DNA from: an uncultured delta proteobacterium
GTDB taxonomy: Bacteria > Desulfobacterota > BSN033 > UBA1163
Assembly: GCA_963708295.1 (NCBI GenBank)
Contig: CAVPSJ010000015.1
Location: forward strand, 128,001 to 192,000
DNA length: 64,000 nucleotides
Direction: 5' to 3'
The notes beneath the pieces are model-generated. The model had not been told where the DNA came from, did no database searches, and was given only the letters and a program-made list of their open reading frames with translations. Of the stretch, positions 40,072-50,461 are shown one piece after another. Made by a program: the position numbers and the translations under genes. Position 1 is the stretch's first letter; every line of letters starts with the position of its first letter.

Positions 40072-41295
40072 TCACCCTTGCCCTCTCCCCGCTGGGGAGA
40101 GGGGGGAGGAAGGGGCCTCGGGTGCTTGCTGCGCACCTTCCGTGACTGGCAGCAGCTCCAGATTCTTTAGACCCACAAGAAATAACAGTCCCATCAGGGT
40201 AAAGATCCCGAGGGACATGAACGTCTCGATCGGAGTGATCGGAAAGGATCCTGCCATTCCCCAGATCCCCTCAATCTTCCCGGGATACAGAGGCAGGGGA
40301 TAGGCCGTCCCGGGGACTACCAATGAAAACCTCTCTCCAAAGATGCCGATCACTACCAAGAACGCAGCCCCCAGCACTCCCTTCAGGTTCTTAGAGTATT
40401 TCGGATGAAGGAGGATGATCAGGGGTAAGAGATAGGCGAACCCCACCTGCAGGACCCAGAAGATCCAGGAGTAGGGCCCCGTCAAAAGCCAAACCGTAGC
40501 GTCCCGGTGGGGGGAGTAAAGATGGGTCAGTTTATCCACCAGGACCATCACCGCCAGAATCACAATCAAGATCCGGAGCAATCGACTCAAGGAGAAGATG
40601 AGCTCCTGGTTGAGATTCCTTCTGGTAAATTTAAAGACCGCCACCACCGCGATCATCAGCAGGGCCAGCCCCGAGACCATGGCCGCCGTCAGAAATTCAA
40701 AGGGCTTGATGGGCGAAAAGAAGATCGGCCGGGTGGCAATGAAACCGAAGATGGCCCCTGTGCCCATATGAACCAGAGCCGCCCAGCCAATGGCAATCTT
40801 CCCCATCAGCTTGATGAATTTATGCTTCTCAGCAAAGATCGCCCCAAGGTAAATCACCCCGATCAGAAAGTACCCTCCGTAGAGAATCCCGTTGACCGCA
40901 AACATGGAGCGCATGTTGTTTAAGACGAAGAACATAAAGAGACGCCAGGATTTCTCAGGCCTTCCGAGATCTAACGCAATCCCGATCATGGCGCCAAAGA
41001 TAAGCACGATGGCCAGAAAGACCGCAAGCCTGGCGATGGGTCGATATTGTTCTTTCCCGAAGACATAGGTCAGGGAAGAAAGGATGAGAGAGCCCGCACT
41101 GAGCCCGATAAAGTAGATGGTGATCGTAATCGGCATGCCCCAGGGAATGATGCTGCTCGACCCAAGGACATGGTGGCCCGAGATGTAGCTCACCATAAAA
41201 CAGATAAACCCAATCGCAGAAAAAACCGCCAGCAGAACAAATAGAGTATAAAATTCTTTCGATTTACCCTCTATTTTCGAGAATGTTAATCCCAT
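40072..41295 (-). CDS. NrfD/PsrC-family membrane subunit
   Basis: IPWG..I..TIYFIGLSAG, DLGRPE, about 10 TMs. Confidence 0.93.
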   Translation of the reverse strand: MGLTFSKIEGKSKEFYTLFVLLAVFSAIGFICFMVSYISGHHVLGSSSIIPWGMPITITIYFIGLSAGSLILSSLTYVFGKEQYRPIARLAVFLAIVLIFGAMIGIALDLGRPEKSWRLFMFFVLNNMRSMFAVNGILYGGYFLIGVIYLGAIFAEKHKFIKLMGKIAIGWAALVHMGTGAIFGFIATRPIFFSPIKPFEFLTAAMVSGLALLMIAVVAVFKFTRRNLNQELIFSLSRLLRILIVILAVMVLVDKLTHLYSPHRDATVWLLTGPYSWIFWVLQVGFAYLLPLIILLHPKYSKNLKGVLGAAFLVVIGIFGERFSLVVPGTAYPLPLYPGKIEGIWGMAGSFPITPIETFMSLGIFTLMGLLFLVGLKNLELLPVTEGAQQAPEAPSSPLSPAGRGQG

Positions 41296-41338
41296 GTGAA
41301 CTCCCTCAATTCAAATCTTATTAATCGGTCCATCATTC

Positions 41339-41723
41339 AATAGACATCCGATCAACCCCACCCCCACCCCCACCCCCACCCTTACCCTCCCCCTGAAGGG
41401 GAGGATAAGGCAGAGGCTGTGTCGCAATATGAAAATGCGGCTTTCGGGAAAGGGAGAGAGACGGTCGGGTGAAAAAGATTTAGAGCGGCAACCTTTAACC
41501 GTTTAAGATGCACGGGTTGCCAATCATATGAAGACATTCGATTTTGCACCAACGATGGTTCCCCATACTTAAAAAACCCGCGTTCTAAGGCTTTGGAACC
41601 CGACTGCCTCTCTCCCTCAGACGTTCCGTTGCGACACAGTCTCTCAAGGGGGAGGTGAGGGAGGGGATGGGGATTTCCGGGAGCAATATCATTATGCCTT
41701 TTCAATGATCGCCTCATGAGTAA
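41339..41723 (+). repeat. Family H element with nested MITE A
   Basis: Same start and end as 38845-39087. Confidence 0.75.
41413..41643 (-). mobile_element. MITE family A, copy 3 (inverted, more diverged)
   Basis: GAGGCTGTGTCGCAAT ... TTGCGACACAGTCTC; flanks GCA/TCA are not a perfect duplication. Confidence 0.88.
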
Positions 41724-41726
41724 GTC

Positions 41727-42413
41727 TCATTTCAGGAGGTAGTAGACTTTGGGTTTCGTATCCAGCTCCTCTCGAAGCCTGATCCATCCCCGTGAGGAGA
41801 GCAGCCGGGATACCTCAGAGCCCGTGTCGTCCAAGTCCCCAAATTTTCTGGCCTCCGCAGGGCATTCTTCCACACAGGCCGGAACCACCTCGGTCCCGAT
41901 CTTTTTGCCCTCCTTGAGCGCTTGATCGATCCGATGAAAACAGAACGTGCATTTCTCCACCACCCCGTGGGTCCGGGTCGGAAACGGCCACTGACCCCAA
42001 ACACTCCGATCCGGAGGCAGATCAGGACGATGATATTCCTTGTCCTCCTGCTCGATGCTGTTGAAGCTTCGCGCTCCATAAGGACAGGCAACGATACAGT
42101 ATTTGCACCCGATACAACGCCTGAAGTCCTGTACCACGATCCCGTCTTCCCGACGATACGTCGCCCTCGCCGGACAAACGGTGACGCACGGCGCATGCTC
42201 ACACTGCATACACGGCATCGAGATCAGCTCGGTATTGACCCGGGGGTATTTCCCCGTGGTCGCCGCGATCACCTTGTTCCAAAAGATGTCTCTTCTCATC
42301 TTCTGCTCTTCCGGCGACCCATACGGAACGTTGTTCTCCACCTTACAGGCCGTCGAACAGGCCTGGCAGCCCGTGCATTTGTCCAGATCGATCACCATTC
42401 CCCATCTTGCCAT
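41727..42413 (-). CDS. NrfC/PsrB/QrcC-like four-cluster Fe-S subunit
   Basis: WGMVIDLDKCTGCQACSTACKVENN, CMQCEHAPCVTVCP, CIGCKYCIVACPY, EKCTFCFHR, PACVEECP. Confidence 0.95.
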   Translation of the reverse strand: MARWGMVIDLDKCTGCQACSTACKVENNVPYGSPEEQKMRRDIFWNKVIAATTGKYPRVNTELISMPCMQCEHAPCVTVCPARATYRREDGIVVQDFRRCIGCKYCIVACPYGARSFNSIEQEDKEYHRPDLPPDRSVWGQWPFPTRTHGVVEKCTFCFHRIDQALKEGKKIGTEVVPACVEECPAEARKFGDLDDTGSEVSRLLSSRGWIRLREELDTKPKVYYLLK

Positions 42414-42497
42414 GTTATCCCTCTACAGTCAGGTTTAGGTTTAGGTCGATGTTCAGATTTTTAATTTCTCAACCTTAAACTTAACCTTAACCTCAAC

Positions 42498-44842
42498 TTA
42501 CGCTTTATACACCTTCACCCGTGTGTTAAAGAAAGCGGCCTGCCCGCTCAGGGTGTCGTAGTCCACCCCGAGAATGTCATTGGGATTGACCCCGATCCCT
42601 TTTTGCCACTTCCCATAGGAGCTATGTCCCTGCCCCGAGGGAATCGCAACCACCTCCGGATGAACCCCTTCCGAGAGTTTGACTTTCGCCTTGATTTTCT
42701 GAAACGGCGACTCCACCCATACCCACTGGCCATCCCGAAGTTTCAGGGAGGCTGCGGTCTCGCTGTTGATCTTGACCAGGGTCTCCCAGCCCACCCCATC
42801 CATGGGCAAGAAGATCTCCTGCGCCCAGGGATAGTTCTGACTCCCATTCTCCACGACCATCAAGGGTTGGTAGGGGAGAAGGACCAGAGGGTATTTGTCT
42901 TTTTCCCCTAAGAATTTCGGCTCCCCGGAGTGAGGCAGATAGTCCAACTCCCCCTCTTTGCCCATCTTTGTCCGGGCAAGCAGTTGCTTCAGGTTTCCCG
43001 AGGAGAATTCAAATTTCCTCGAAGGCGTCTGAAAGATCCGAGGATATTTATGGTATTCGTAGTCTTTTCCTACCCAGACTCCCCTCTCAAGAAATTCTTT
43101 CCAGGGAATCAGCGCCTCCGTCCGAAACTTAACGAATCCTTCCGCAGTATCCCCCATGCTGGTAAAGGATTGGGCCACTACTTCCGTTCAGTTCTCTTTG
43201 CTACCTGAAAGAGGATGTCCACGACAGACCTTGCGCTGCCATGAGGCTTAACCACGGGCTGTTTTATCTTCACCTCTGCAAAACCCGACCCTGAAGGCGA
43301 GTGATCGTAACCCCATTCTTCCAGGTAGGTCGTGCAAGGCAAGATCAGGTCAGCATAGAGCGCCATCTCGCTGACAAAGGGAGAGATATGAACATAGTAA
43401 GGAAGTTTTTTTAACGCCTTGTCCCACCGGTCCGTCCCGGGGGCTGACAGATTGAAGTTGCTGTTGAACCCGATGGCCATCTCAATAGGATAGGGAGTAT
43501 TTTGTAGGATGGATTCCGGAATCTGATTGGTCACAACTTTTGCCCCAGGGAATTTGTCCGTCCCCCGAAGATCGATGATAGGCTTGGCCTTGCCTTTTTT
43601 CGCGATCTCATCTTCTGTGAGTCGCGGCAGGTCATTGTAGTTGACATTTTCCTGATAAAGGACCCCTCCCGGAACATCGATGCTCCCCACCAAAGCGTTC
43701 AAACAGTATATCGCGTAGCTCGCAAAAGACCCTTCAGGCCGGTTGATCGATTCCTGGCCCCGGATGGCAAGGGCCGGCCGCGTCCGGGCAAATTCTCTCG
43801 CAATCCGGCGGATGCTCTCAGCTGAGATCCCCGTGACCTTCGACACATCCTCCGGGCTGTATTGACCCAGCGCCAGTTTCTTATAGGCTTCAAACCCCAC
43901 GGTCCAGTCTCTCACGAAGGTTTTGTCAATAAGCTCTTCGCTCAGGATCACATGAGCCATCCCCATCGCCAATGCCCCGTCCGTACCCGGGTTGATGGGC
44001 AGCCACTCATCCCCTCTGGCTGCCGTCAGGGAGTACCTCGGATTGATGACGACGATCTTCGTGCGATTGGGCTTTTCCCGCCTGATTTTTCCCCATTTCC
44101 TCAAGAATCGAGACAAGGGCCTGGACGACTCCAGAAGGTCAGCCCCAAAGGCCAAGATGTAGTTGGTCTGATCCAGATCATAGGCCGTAGCGCTGTAGTG
44201 ACCATCCGCCATCCAGTTGCCCGATTTCTCCGCCTCACCCTCGAGCCCTTCCCCCGAGATCAAATTGGGCGTCCCGAATGCTTCCCCAAACCGAATCATC
44301 ATGTCCTGGCTGCTGATGCTGTTGAGCCCGTAAAAGAGAAGAAGTTTGTTCGGCTCCCCCCCCTCTCGAAGTTTCTTTAACCGACCCGTGATCTCACCCA
44401 AGGCCTCCTCCCAGCTCATGGATACCCACTTCGGATCAACCCCCTTTCCTTTCTCCGGGTTGGTCCTTTTTAAGGGTGTCCCGATCCGCCCCGGATCGTA
44501 AAGCACCTGAAGCCCAATGTGCCCCCGAGGACAGATCTTCCCGTCAGAGACTTTGGAAAGCCGATTCCCGCTGATCCGGACCGCCTTCCCATTGACCACC
44601 CTGACCCGGATCCCGCAACGGGCCTGGCAGTTTAAACAAGAAGAAACAACCCATTTTTCTTTGACAACACCCGGGCTCTTTGAGACCAGGGGCTCGGCGG
44701 AATGGGTCTCCAATGGACCCAGGACCTTCCCCGCTCCCACGGCTGCACCGCCCAAAGCCGATATCTTCAGAAATGTCCTTCTATCGATGGTCAACTTCTC
44801 CTGCTCCTTCTGTCCCGCTCCCAACCGACCGCTCTTTTTCAT
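42498..44842 (-). CDS. Tat-exported molybdopterin oxidoreductase-family subunit, ArrA-like (frameshift near 43180)
   Basis: DRRTFLK Tat motif, CLNCQARC...CPRG, KRTNPEKGKGVDPKW...SWEEAL, INPGTDGALA, ADLILPCTTYLE, C-terminal dinucleotide-binding domain in the second frame. Confidence 0.9.
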
Positions 44843-44952
44843 CGCCTCTACCCCGATTTGTTCCAAAAACCAACTCGCATCCCACTCAAAAAAGGTTTGC
44901 GCTTTATTTCACTAATCCGAAAAGCCTATGACAAATTTTACAACAAGTTTCT

Positions 44953-45381
44953 TTATTTTTCCATTTTCTTAACGCGATTGATTTCAGACTTTACAAATTC
45001 GACGAGGCTGTTTCCGTTTAACAGGTTCTTAAGCTCTTCCTGAAGATTGGAAGGGGCAATTTTGCATATCCATCCCTTTTCATACGGGCTTTCATTGATC
45101 AGTTCAGGGGTATCTTCAAGTGCCTCATTCGTGGTTTCCACCTTTCCAGAGATGGGGGCGTAAATTCTTCCCACCCACTTTCCTGATTCCATAGAGCCAC
45201 AGGGTTTGCCTTGTTCAAGCACCTTTCCTTGAGAGGGTAGTTCAACATAAACGATTTGGCCGGCCAGCTTTTGAGCAAAATCACTTGTGCCCATGATCAC
45301 TGTATTATCAACAACTTTCGCCCAAAAATGCTCTTTGTGGTAATACAAATCGTCCGGAAAAACATACCCTTCAATTTCCAT
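44953..45381 (-). CDS. GcvH-family lipoyl carrier protein (ESGKW subtype)
   Basis: PDDLYYHKEHFW, DFAQKLAG, MESGKWVG (lipoyl Lys), INESPYEKGW. Confidence 0.92.
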   Translation of the reverse strand: MEIEGYVFPDDLYYHKEHFWAKVVDNTVIMGTSDFAQKLAGQIVYVELPSQGKVLEQGKPCGSMESGKWVGRIYAPISGKVETTNEALEDTPELINESPYEKGWICKIAPSNLQEELKNLLNGNSLVEFVKSEINRVKKMEK

Positions 45382-45577
45382 TGCAAAACCCCCTTTTGAT
45401 TTTTATCGCTATATACACCAAATAGAAAATAATGACAAGTTTATTTTTTAGACTTTTTCTTGACAAAATTCTGGCAGAATGATAATGGAAAGGAAAAAAA
45501 TCACAAGCGCTGAAAATAGAATAAGCATGTAATCCCCCATCGATGGCCATGGTTGGGATTAGGAAAGGAGTGATTTT

Positions 45578-47155
45578 ATGACGATTAGTAAATGGATGAC
45601 TGCTGGGACAGTTCTTAAAATGATGGCGATGCAATATCCTGACAAGCCGGGGGCGGGAGATAAATTTCGTCACATGACCTTCAAGGAGTGGAACGACAGG
45701 AGCTGCCGGCTGTCCAATGCTCTGACGAAGATGGGGGTGAAGAAAGGAGATCGCTTTGCGATCCTGGCCTACAATTGCGTCGAGTGGATGGAAATTTACG
45801 CGGCGGCAGCCAAAGGAGGACAGATCACCGTCCCCATTATGTTCCGGCTGGCGCCTCCCGAGATGGAATATGTGATCAATCATTCCGAGTGCAAGGCCTT
45901 TTTTGTCGCAAAGGATTTTGTTCCGGTGGTCAATTCGATTCGTAGTAATCTTTCCACTGTCCCGAAGGCAAATTTCGTATTTTGGGGAGACGAAAAAGCA
46001 CCGGAAGGCTATGAACACTATGAATCGATCATTGCCAAGGCTTCCCCTGCGGAACCGGACGTGGTGGTCGATTCGGCTGATCCCTGGAACCTTATGTACA
46101 CCTCGGGAACGACCGGCAAGCCCAAGGGGGTCGTTCGAACTCACGACGGCAACCTCGGCCAGTACCTGTTGAGCGATCTCTGTATGGGAATTCGACCGAA
46201 CGATTGCGTGATGCTCGTCATGCCCATGTGCCATATCAACTCGATCTTTTATTCCTTTGCTTATACCTATGCAAGCGGAAGAGTCTTTGTCTACAATATG
46301 GTCAGCTTTGACCCGCTCGACCTTCTGAAGACGATTGAAAAGGAGAAGATTACGTTTACGTCGCTCGTCCCCACGCATTACATCATGATGCTGGCCCTCC
46401 CTGACGAGATCAAAAGAAAAATCGATGTGAGTTCGATACGACAGCTCTTGATCTCTTCGGCGCCCGCCCGGAAAGACACCAAAGCGGCCATCATGGAATA
46501 TTTTAAGAATGCGGAACTCTGGGAGGCCTATGGCTCCACCGAGGCAGGTCTCGTGACGCTTCTCAGGCCGGAAGAACAATTCAAAAAGTTAGGTTCCATC
46601 GGAAGGGAGATCTGGGGGTCCGATCGGATAAGAATCCTGGATGAAGAGGGTAAGGAGGTTCCGGACGGGCAGGTAGGAGAACTGTATTCACGCACAGCGG
46701 GCATTTTCAAAGAATATTGGAAAGATCCCGAAAAGACAAAGTCGGTCTTCCAGGGGGAATGGTTCTCCGCGGGCGACATGGCCTTACGGGACCCGGATGG
46801 ATATTATGTGCTGGTGGACAGAAAGGCAAATATGATCATCACGGGAGGTGAAAATGTCTTCCCCTCAGAGATTGAAAATATGTTGGGATCTCATCCTGCC
46901 GTTAAATATGTGGCAGTGATTGGAATTCCCCACGAGAAATGGGGAGAATCAGTGAAGGCCGTTGTCACTCTCCATGCAGGAAAAACGGTAACCGAAAAGG
47001 AACTGATCGAGCATTGCAGAGGGAAGATCGCGGGATATAAGATTCCCAAATCGGTCGATTTCATCAAGGACGAAGAGATGCCCATGACCCCGACGGGCAA
47101 AATCCTTCATCGGATCTTGAGGGAGAAATACGGAAAATGGAGTGACGTGAAATAA
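45578..47155 (+). CDS. Acyl-CoA synthetase (AMP-binding)
   Basis: YTSGTTGKPKG, YGSTE, GDM, DRKANMIITGGENV, PMTPTGKI. Confidence 0.95.
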   Translation: MTISKWMTAGTVLKMMAMQYPDKPGAGDKFRHMTFKEWNDRSCRLSNALTKMGVKKGDRFAILAYNCVEWMEIYAAAAKGGQITVPIMFRLAPPEMEYVINHSECKAFFVAKDFVPVVNSIRSNLSTVPKANFVFWGDEKAPEGYEHYESIIAKASPAEPDVVVDSADPWNLMYTSGTTGKPKGVVRTHDGNLGQYLLSDLCMGIRPNDCVMLVMPMCHINSIFYSFAYTYASGRVFVYNMVSFDPLDLLKTIEKEKITFTSLVPTHYIMMLALPDEIKRKIDVSSIRQLLISSAPARKDTKAAIMEYFKNAELWEAYGSTEAGLVTLLRPEEQFKKLGSIGREIWGSDRIRILDEEGKEVPDGQVGELYSRTAGIFKEYWKDPEKTKSVFQGEWFSAGDMALRDPDGYYVLVDRKANMIITGGENVFPSEIENMLGSHPAVKYVAVIGIPHEKWGESVKAVVTLHAGKTVTEKELIEHCRGKIAGYKIPKSVDFIKDEEMPMTPTGKILHRILREKYGKWSDVK

Positions 47156-47182
47156 TCCTCTACACTCGTGGATCATCCGACG

Positions 47183-47214
47183 AAGGCCCGGGGGAGTCCT
47201 CCCTGGGCCTTTTT
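47183..47214 (+). terminator. Intrinsic terminator
   Basis: AAGGCCCGGGGGAG-TC-CTCCCTGGGCCTTTTT. Confidence 0.75.
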
Positions 47215-47327
47215 CTTAAATTTTTTCTTGCAAAATGATAAGGCATAGGATATGTTATGTTATTACCAAGGGTTCAAGCCACCCTTGGTTTCATTTTGTT
47301 AAGCTGGAAGAATAGGAGCGCTTTTCG

Positions 47328-48923
47328 ATGCTAAAGACTCTTAGGTGGAAATTTACTCTCTATGCAGCCATCACGGTTTTCGCCATTCTTCTTCTCTTGC
47401 CGACGCTCACCTCTCACTTGCCCCCATGGCTTATGAAGATCATTCCCGCGGACAAGATCCACCAGGGGCTCGACCTCCAGGGGGGGATGCATCTCCTTCT
47501 GACGGTCGAGGGAGAGAAAGCCGTAGAGAGCTATGTGGAGCAGATCAAGAATAATCTGAGGGATGAGCTCAAGGAACGAGGAATTCCAGTCGGAAAATTG
47601 GAGACGGAGAAGCCGGACCGAATCGTTCTGGAATTTTCCGGGGCCAAAGAAAAGGTCGATAATCTTCTGACCCAGCGGTTTACGATGCTGCGTGAACTCT
47701 CCCCTTCATCCGAAGGGGGGATATGGAAGGTCCAGTTGGTCCTCGACAGCAGAGAAACGGATTATGTGAAGAAGAAAGCCATTGATCAGGCCCTGGAGAT
47801 CATCCGGAATCGAATCGACCAGTTCGGCGTTTCAGAACCCGAGATCACCCTCCAAGGAATGGATCGGATTCTGGTCCAGCTTCCTGGGATTAAGGATCCC
47901 CAGAGGGCCATTGATCTGATTAAGAAGACAGCCTTCCTGGAATTCAAGCTGGTGGATGAAGAGGGAAATATCGACGAGGCGTTGAAAGGGAATATTCCAC
48001 CTGGAGATGTCATCCTATACCAGAGATCCGTGGACCCCCAGACAGGGGCCGTGCGAAAGATTCCTTTTTTGTTAAGAGAGAAAACCCTGATGACCGGCGA
48101 ATTTATAAAGGATGCCCGGGTCTCCCTCGATTCCCAGTTTCACGAGCCCTATGTCTCGATGGAGTTCACGGATGTCGGGGCAAAGCTTTTTGAGCAAATC
48201 ACCGGTGCGAACGTGAAGAAAAGGCTGGCCATCATCCTTGACAAGAATGTCTACTCGGCACCCGAAATCCGGGAAAGAATCGCCGGCGGAAGGGCCCAGA
48301 TCACCGGCCGTTTTACGACGGATGAGGCCAACGATCTGGCCCTCGTTCTCAGATCAGGGTCGCTTCCCGCGCCCGTTCAAATCCTCGAGCAGCGGACCGT
48401 GGGACCCTCTCTCGGGGAGGATTCCATCCGGAAAGGGATGATTTCGATCATCATCAGCGCCATCATCGTCGTTCTGTTCATGGTTTTTTATTACAAGGCT
48501 TCAGGGATTGTTGCCGATGTGGCCCTCATCCTGAACATTATTCTGACGTTAGCTACCCTCGCTATTTTCAGGGCGACCCTCACTCTCCCGGGCATCGCGG
48601 GTCTTGTCCTGTCGATCGGAATGGCTGTTGATGCCAACATTCTGGTCCATGAGCGTATCAAGGAAGAGTTGAGGTGGGGGAAGACGGTCCGGGCTGCCAT
48701 CGATCAAGGCTATCATCGCGCCTTCGTCACGATCATCGATTCGAACGTAACCACTCTGATCGCCGGAATATTTCTGTATCAGTTTGGGACAGGTCCGGTG
48801 AAAGGTTTTGCGGTGACGCTCTGCATCGGAATTTTGGCAAATATCTTCACGGCGGTTTACATTACAAGGCTGATATTCGACTTTATCACCCTCCGGCCGG
48901 GAGTGAAGCGACTCAGTATTTAA
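47328..48923 (+). CDS. secD: Protein translocase subunit SecD
   Basis: GLDLQGG, RIDQFGVSEP, LRSGSLPAP, TVGPSLG, MAVDANIL. Confidence 0.98.
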   Translation: MLKTLRWKFTLYAAITVFAILLLLPTLTSHLPPWLMKIIPADKIHQGLDLQGGMHLLLTVEGEKAVESYVEQIKNNLRDELKERGIPVGKLETEKPDRIVLEFSGAKEKVDNLLTQRFTMLRELSPSSEGGIWKVQLVLDSRETDYVKKKAIDQALEIIRNRIDQFGVSEPEITLQGMDRILVQLPGIKDPQRAIDLIKKTAFLEFKLVDEEGNIDEALKGNIPPGDVILYQRSVDPQTGAVRKIPFLLREKTLMTGEFIKDARVSLDSQFHEPYVSMEFTDVGAKLFEQITGANVKKRLAIILDKNVYSAPEIRERIAGGRAQITGRFTTDEANDLALVLRSGSLPAPVQILEQRTVGPSLGEDSIRKGMISIIISAIIVVLFMVFYYKASGIVADVALILNIILTLATLAIFRATLTLPGIAGLVLSIGMAVDANILVHERIKEELRWGKTVRAAIDQGYHRAFVTIIDSNVTTLIAGIFLYQFGTGPVKGFAVTLCIGILANIFTAVYITRLIFDFITLRPGVKRLSI

Positions 48924-48977
48924 TCATCTCTTCTCCGCTTCCCAACGAGGGTGGGGGAGATTCAGGGCAAGGACTCT

Positions 48978-49895
48978 ATGGAACTGATTCGACCGGGTAC
49001 CCATATCGATTTTATCGGAAAGAAAAAATACACACTCTGGATTTCGGCGATCGCCCTCCTGATCTGTTTGGGCTCGGTCTTTTTGTTCGGAGGGCTGAAG
49101 TACGGAGTTGATTTTGCCGGAGGGATTCTGATCCAGGTCAAGTTTTCAAAACCGGTGAATATCTCCGAAGTCCGAAATGCCATGGATGCGATGGGTTCGA
49201 AAGAGGCTATGGTCCAGGCCTTCGGAGGGGAGAATGAATATCTGATCCGGGTTGAAAAGGCCTCCGAGGATCTGGAAGCCCTGTCGAAGAAGATTCAGGC
49301 TTCCCTTCAGGAGCAATTCAAAGACAAGTCTGCGGAGATTCGGAGAGTAGAGGTGGTCGGGCCCAAAGTTGGGAGCGATTTGAAGGAAAAGGCCTTGTGG
49401 GCCGTGGGACTCTCTTTCATAGCCATATTGATCTATGTGGGATGGAGGTTCAAACAGGTTTCCTACGGCCTGGGCGGAATCGTCGCCTTGGTTCATGATG
49501 TCATCATCACCTACGGCGCCATCTCCATCGCCGGGATCGAATATTCGTTGAACGTCATGGCAGTCATTCTGACGATCATCGGTTTCTCGATCAACGACAC
49601 CATCGTCATTTTTGACCGGGTCCGGGAGGATGTCAAGAAATATAGGAAAGAAGATCTTGGAACGATTTTTAACACCGCCATCAACGAGACCCTCGGCAGG
49701 ACCGTCCTGACATCAGGAACGGTGATGATGGTCGATCTGATCCTGTTTTTCTTCGGCGGGCCGGTCATCCATGATTTCGCCTTTGCTCTCATCGTGGGGC
49801 TCATCACAGGAACCTATTCGACCGTTTATATCGCCAGCCCCGTCGTCCTTTATTGGGAGAAGTTTATCTCAAAAGGGAAGGGAAGAAATCGATAG
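48978..49895 (+). CDS. secF: Protein translocase subunit SecF
   Basis: GVDFAGG, VGPKVG, GFSINDTIVIFDRVRE, GTYSTVYIASP. Confidence 0.98.
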   Translation: MELIRPGTHIDFIGKKKYTLWISAIALLICLGSVFLFGGLKYGVDFAGGILIQVKFSKPVNISEVRNAMDAMGSKEAMVQAFGGENEYLIRVEKASEDLEALSKKIQASLQEQFKDKSAEIRRVEVVGPKVGSDLKEKALWAVGLSFIAILIYVGWRFKQVSYGLGGIVALVHDVIITYGAISIAGIEYSLNVMAVILTIIGFSINDTIVIFDRVREDVKKYRKEDLGTIFNTAINETLGRTVLTSGTVMMVDLILFFFGGPVIHDFAFALIVGLITGTYSTVYIASPVVLYWEKFISKGKGRNR

Positions 49896-49923
49896 GCGGG
49901 CCGACGGAGCAGCCTCTCTCCTA

Positions 49924-49953
49924 TTGACACCGGTCGGGGGACTGTCTTAAATT
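49924..49953 (+). promoter_or_regulatory. Putative sigma70 promoter of rplM-rpsI
   Basis: TTGACA, 17-18 nt spacer, TTAAAT/TAAATT. Confidence 0.5.
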
Positions 49954-49973
49954 AAATAGCTTAAAGGTGACCC

Positions 49974-50402
49974 ATGAAAACGTATCAAGCGACAAAAGAA
50001 GAATTGGACCCTAAATGGTATGTAGTCAATGCCGAAGGTAAAGTCTTGGGAAGACTGTCTACCGAGTTGGCAAAGATACTGAAAGGGAAGAATAAACCCA
50101 TCTATACCCCTCATGTGGACACAGGGGATTTTGTGGTCGTGGTCAATGCAGAGAAGGTGACTTTAACCGGAAAGAAGCTGACGGACAAGATCTATTATCA
50201 CCATACGGGTTATCCGGGGGGGATTAAGCAAACGAGTGCTGAAAAGCTTTTGGCTAAGAAACCCACCGAGATCATCCGGATCGCGGTGAAGGGGATGCTT
50301 CCTAAGAACAGTTTGGGTCGTCAGATGCTTCGAAAACTGAAGATCTACGCAGGCCCGAATCATCCCCACGAGGCACAGAAACCGGCCCCCCTTGAATTGT
50401 AG
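49974..50402 (+). CDS. rplM: 50S ribosomal protein L13
   Basis: [35 protein letters not shown]. Confidence 0.99.
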   Translation: MKTYQATKEELDPKWYVVNAEGKVLGRLSTELAKILKGKNKPIYTPHVDTGDFVVVVNAEKVTLTGKKLTDKIYYHHTGYPGGIKQTSAEKLLAKKPTEIIRIAVKGMLPKNSLGRQMLRKLKIYAGPNHPHEAQKPAPLEL

Positions 50403-50461
50403 AAACACAAAGAGATCCCCCCTCCCGACACGAGGAGTGGGGGTATCATGAGGAGAAGAAA

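Noticed and set aside
43178-43180. TAG in the Mo-family gene as pyrrolysine or read-through
   Set aside because: The continuation is in a different frame, so this is a frameshift.
42498-44842. Calling the gene arrA (arsenate respiration)
   Set aside because: The apparent Mo-ligand Cys and surrounding ArrA motif are missing.
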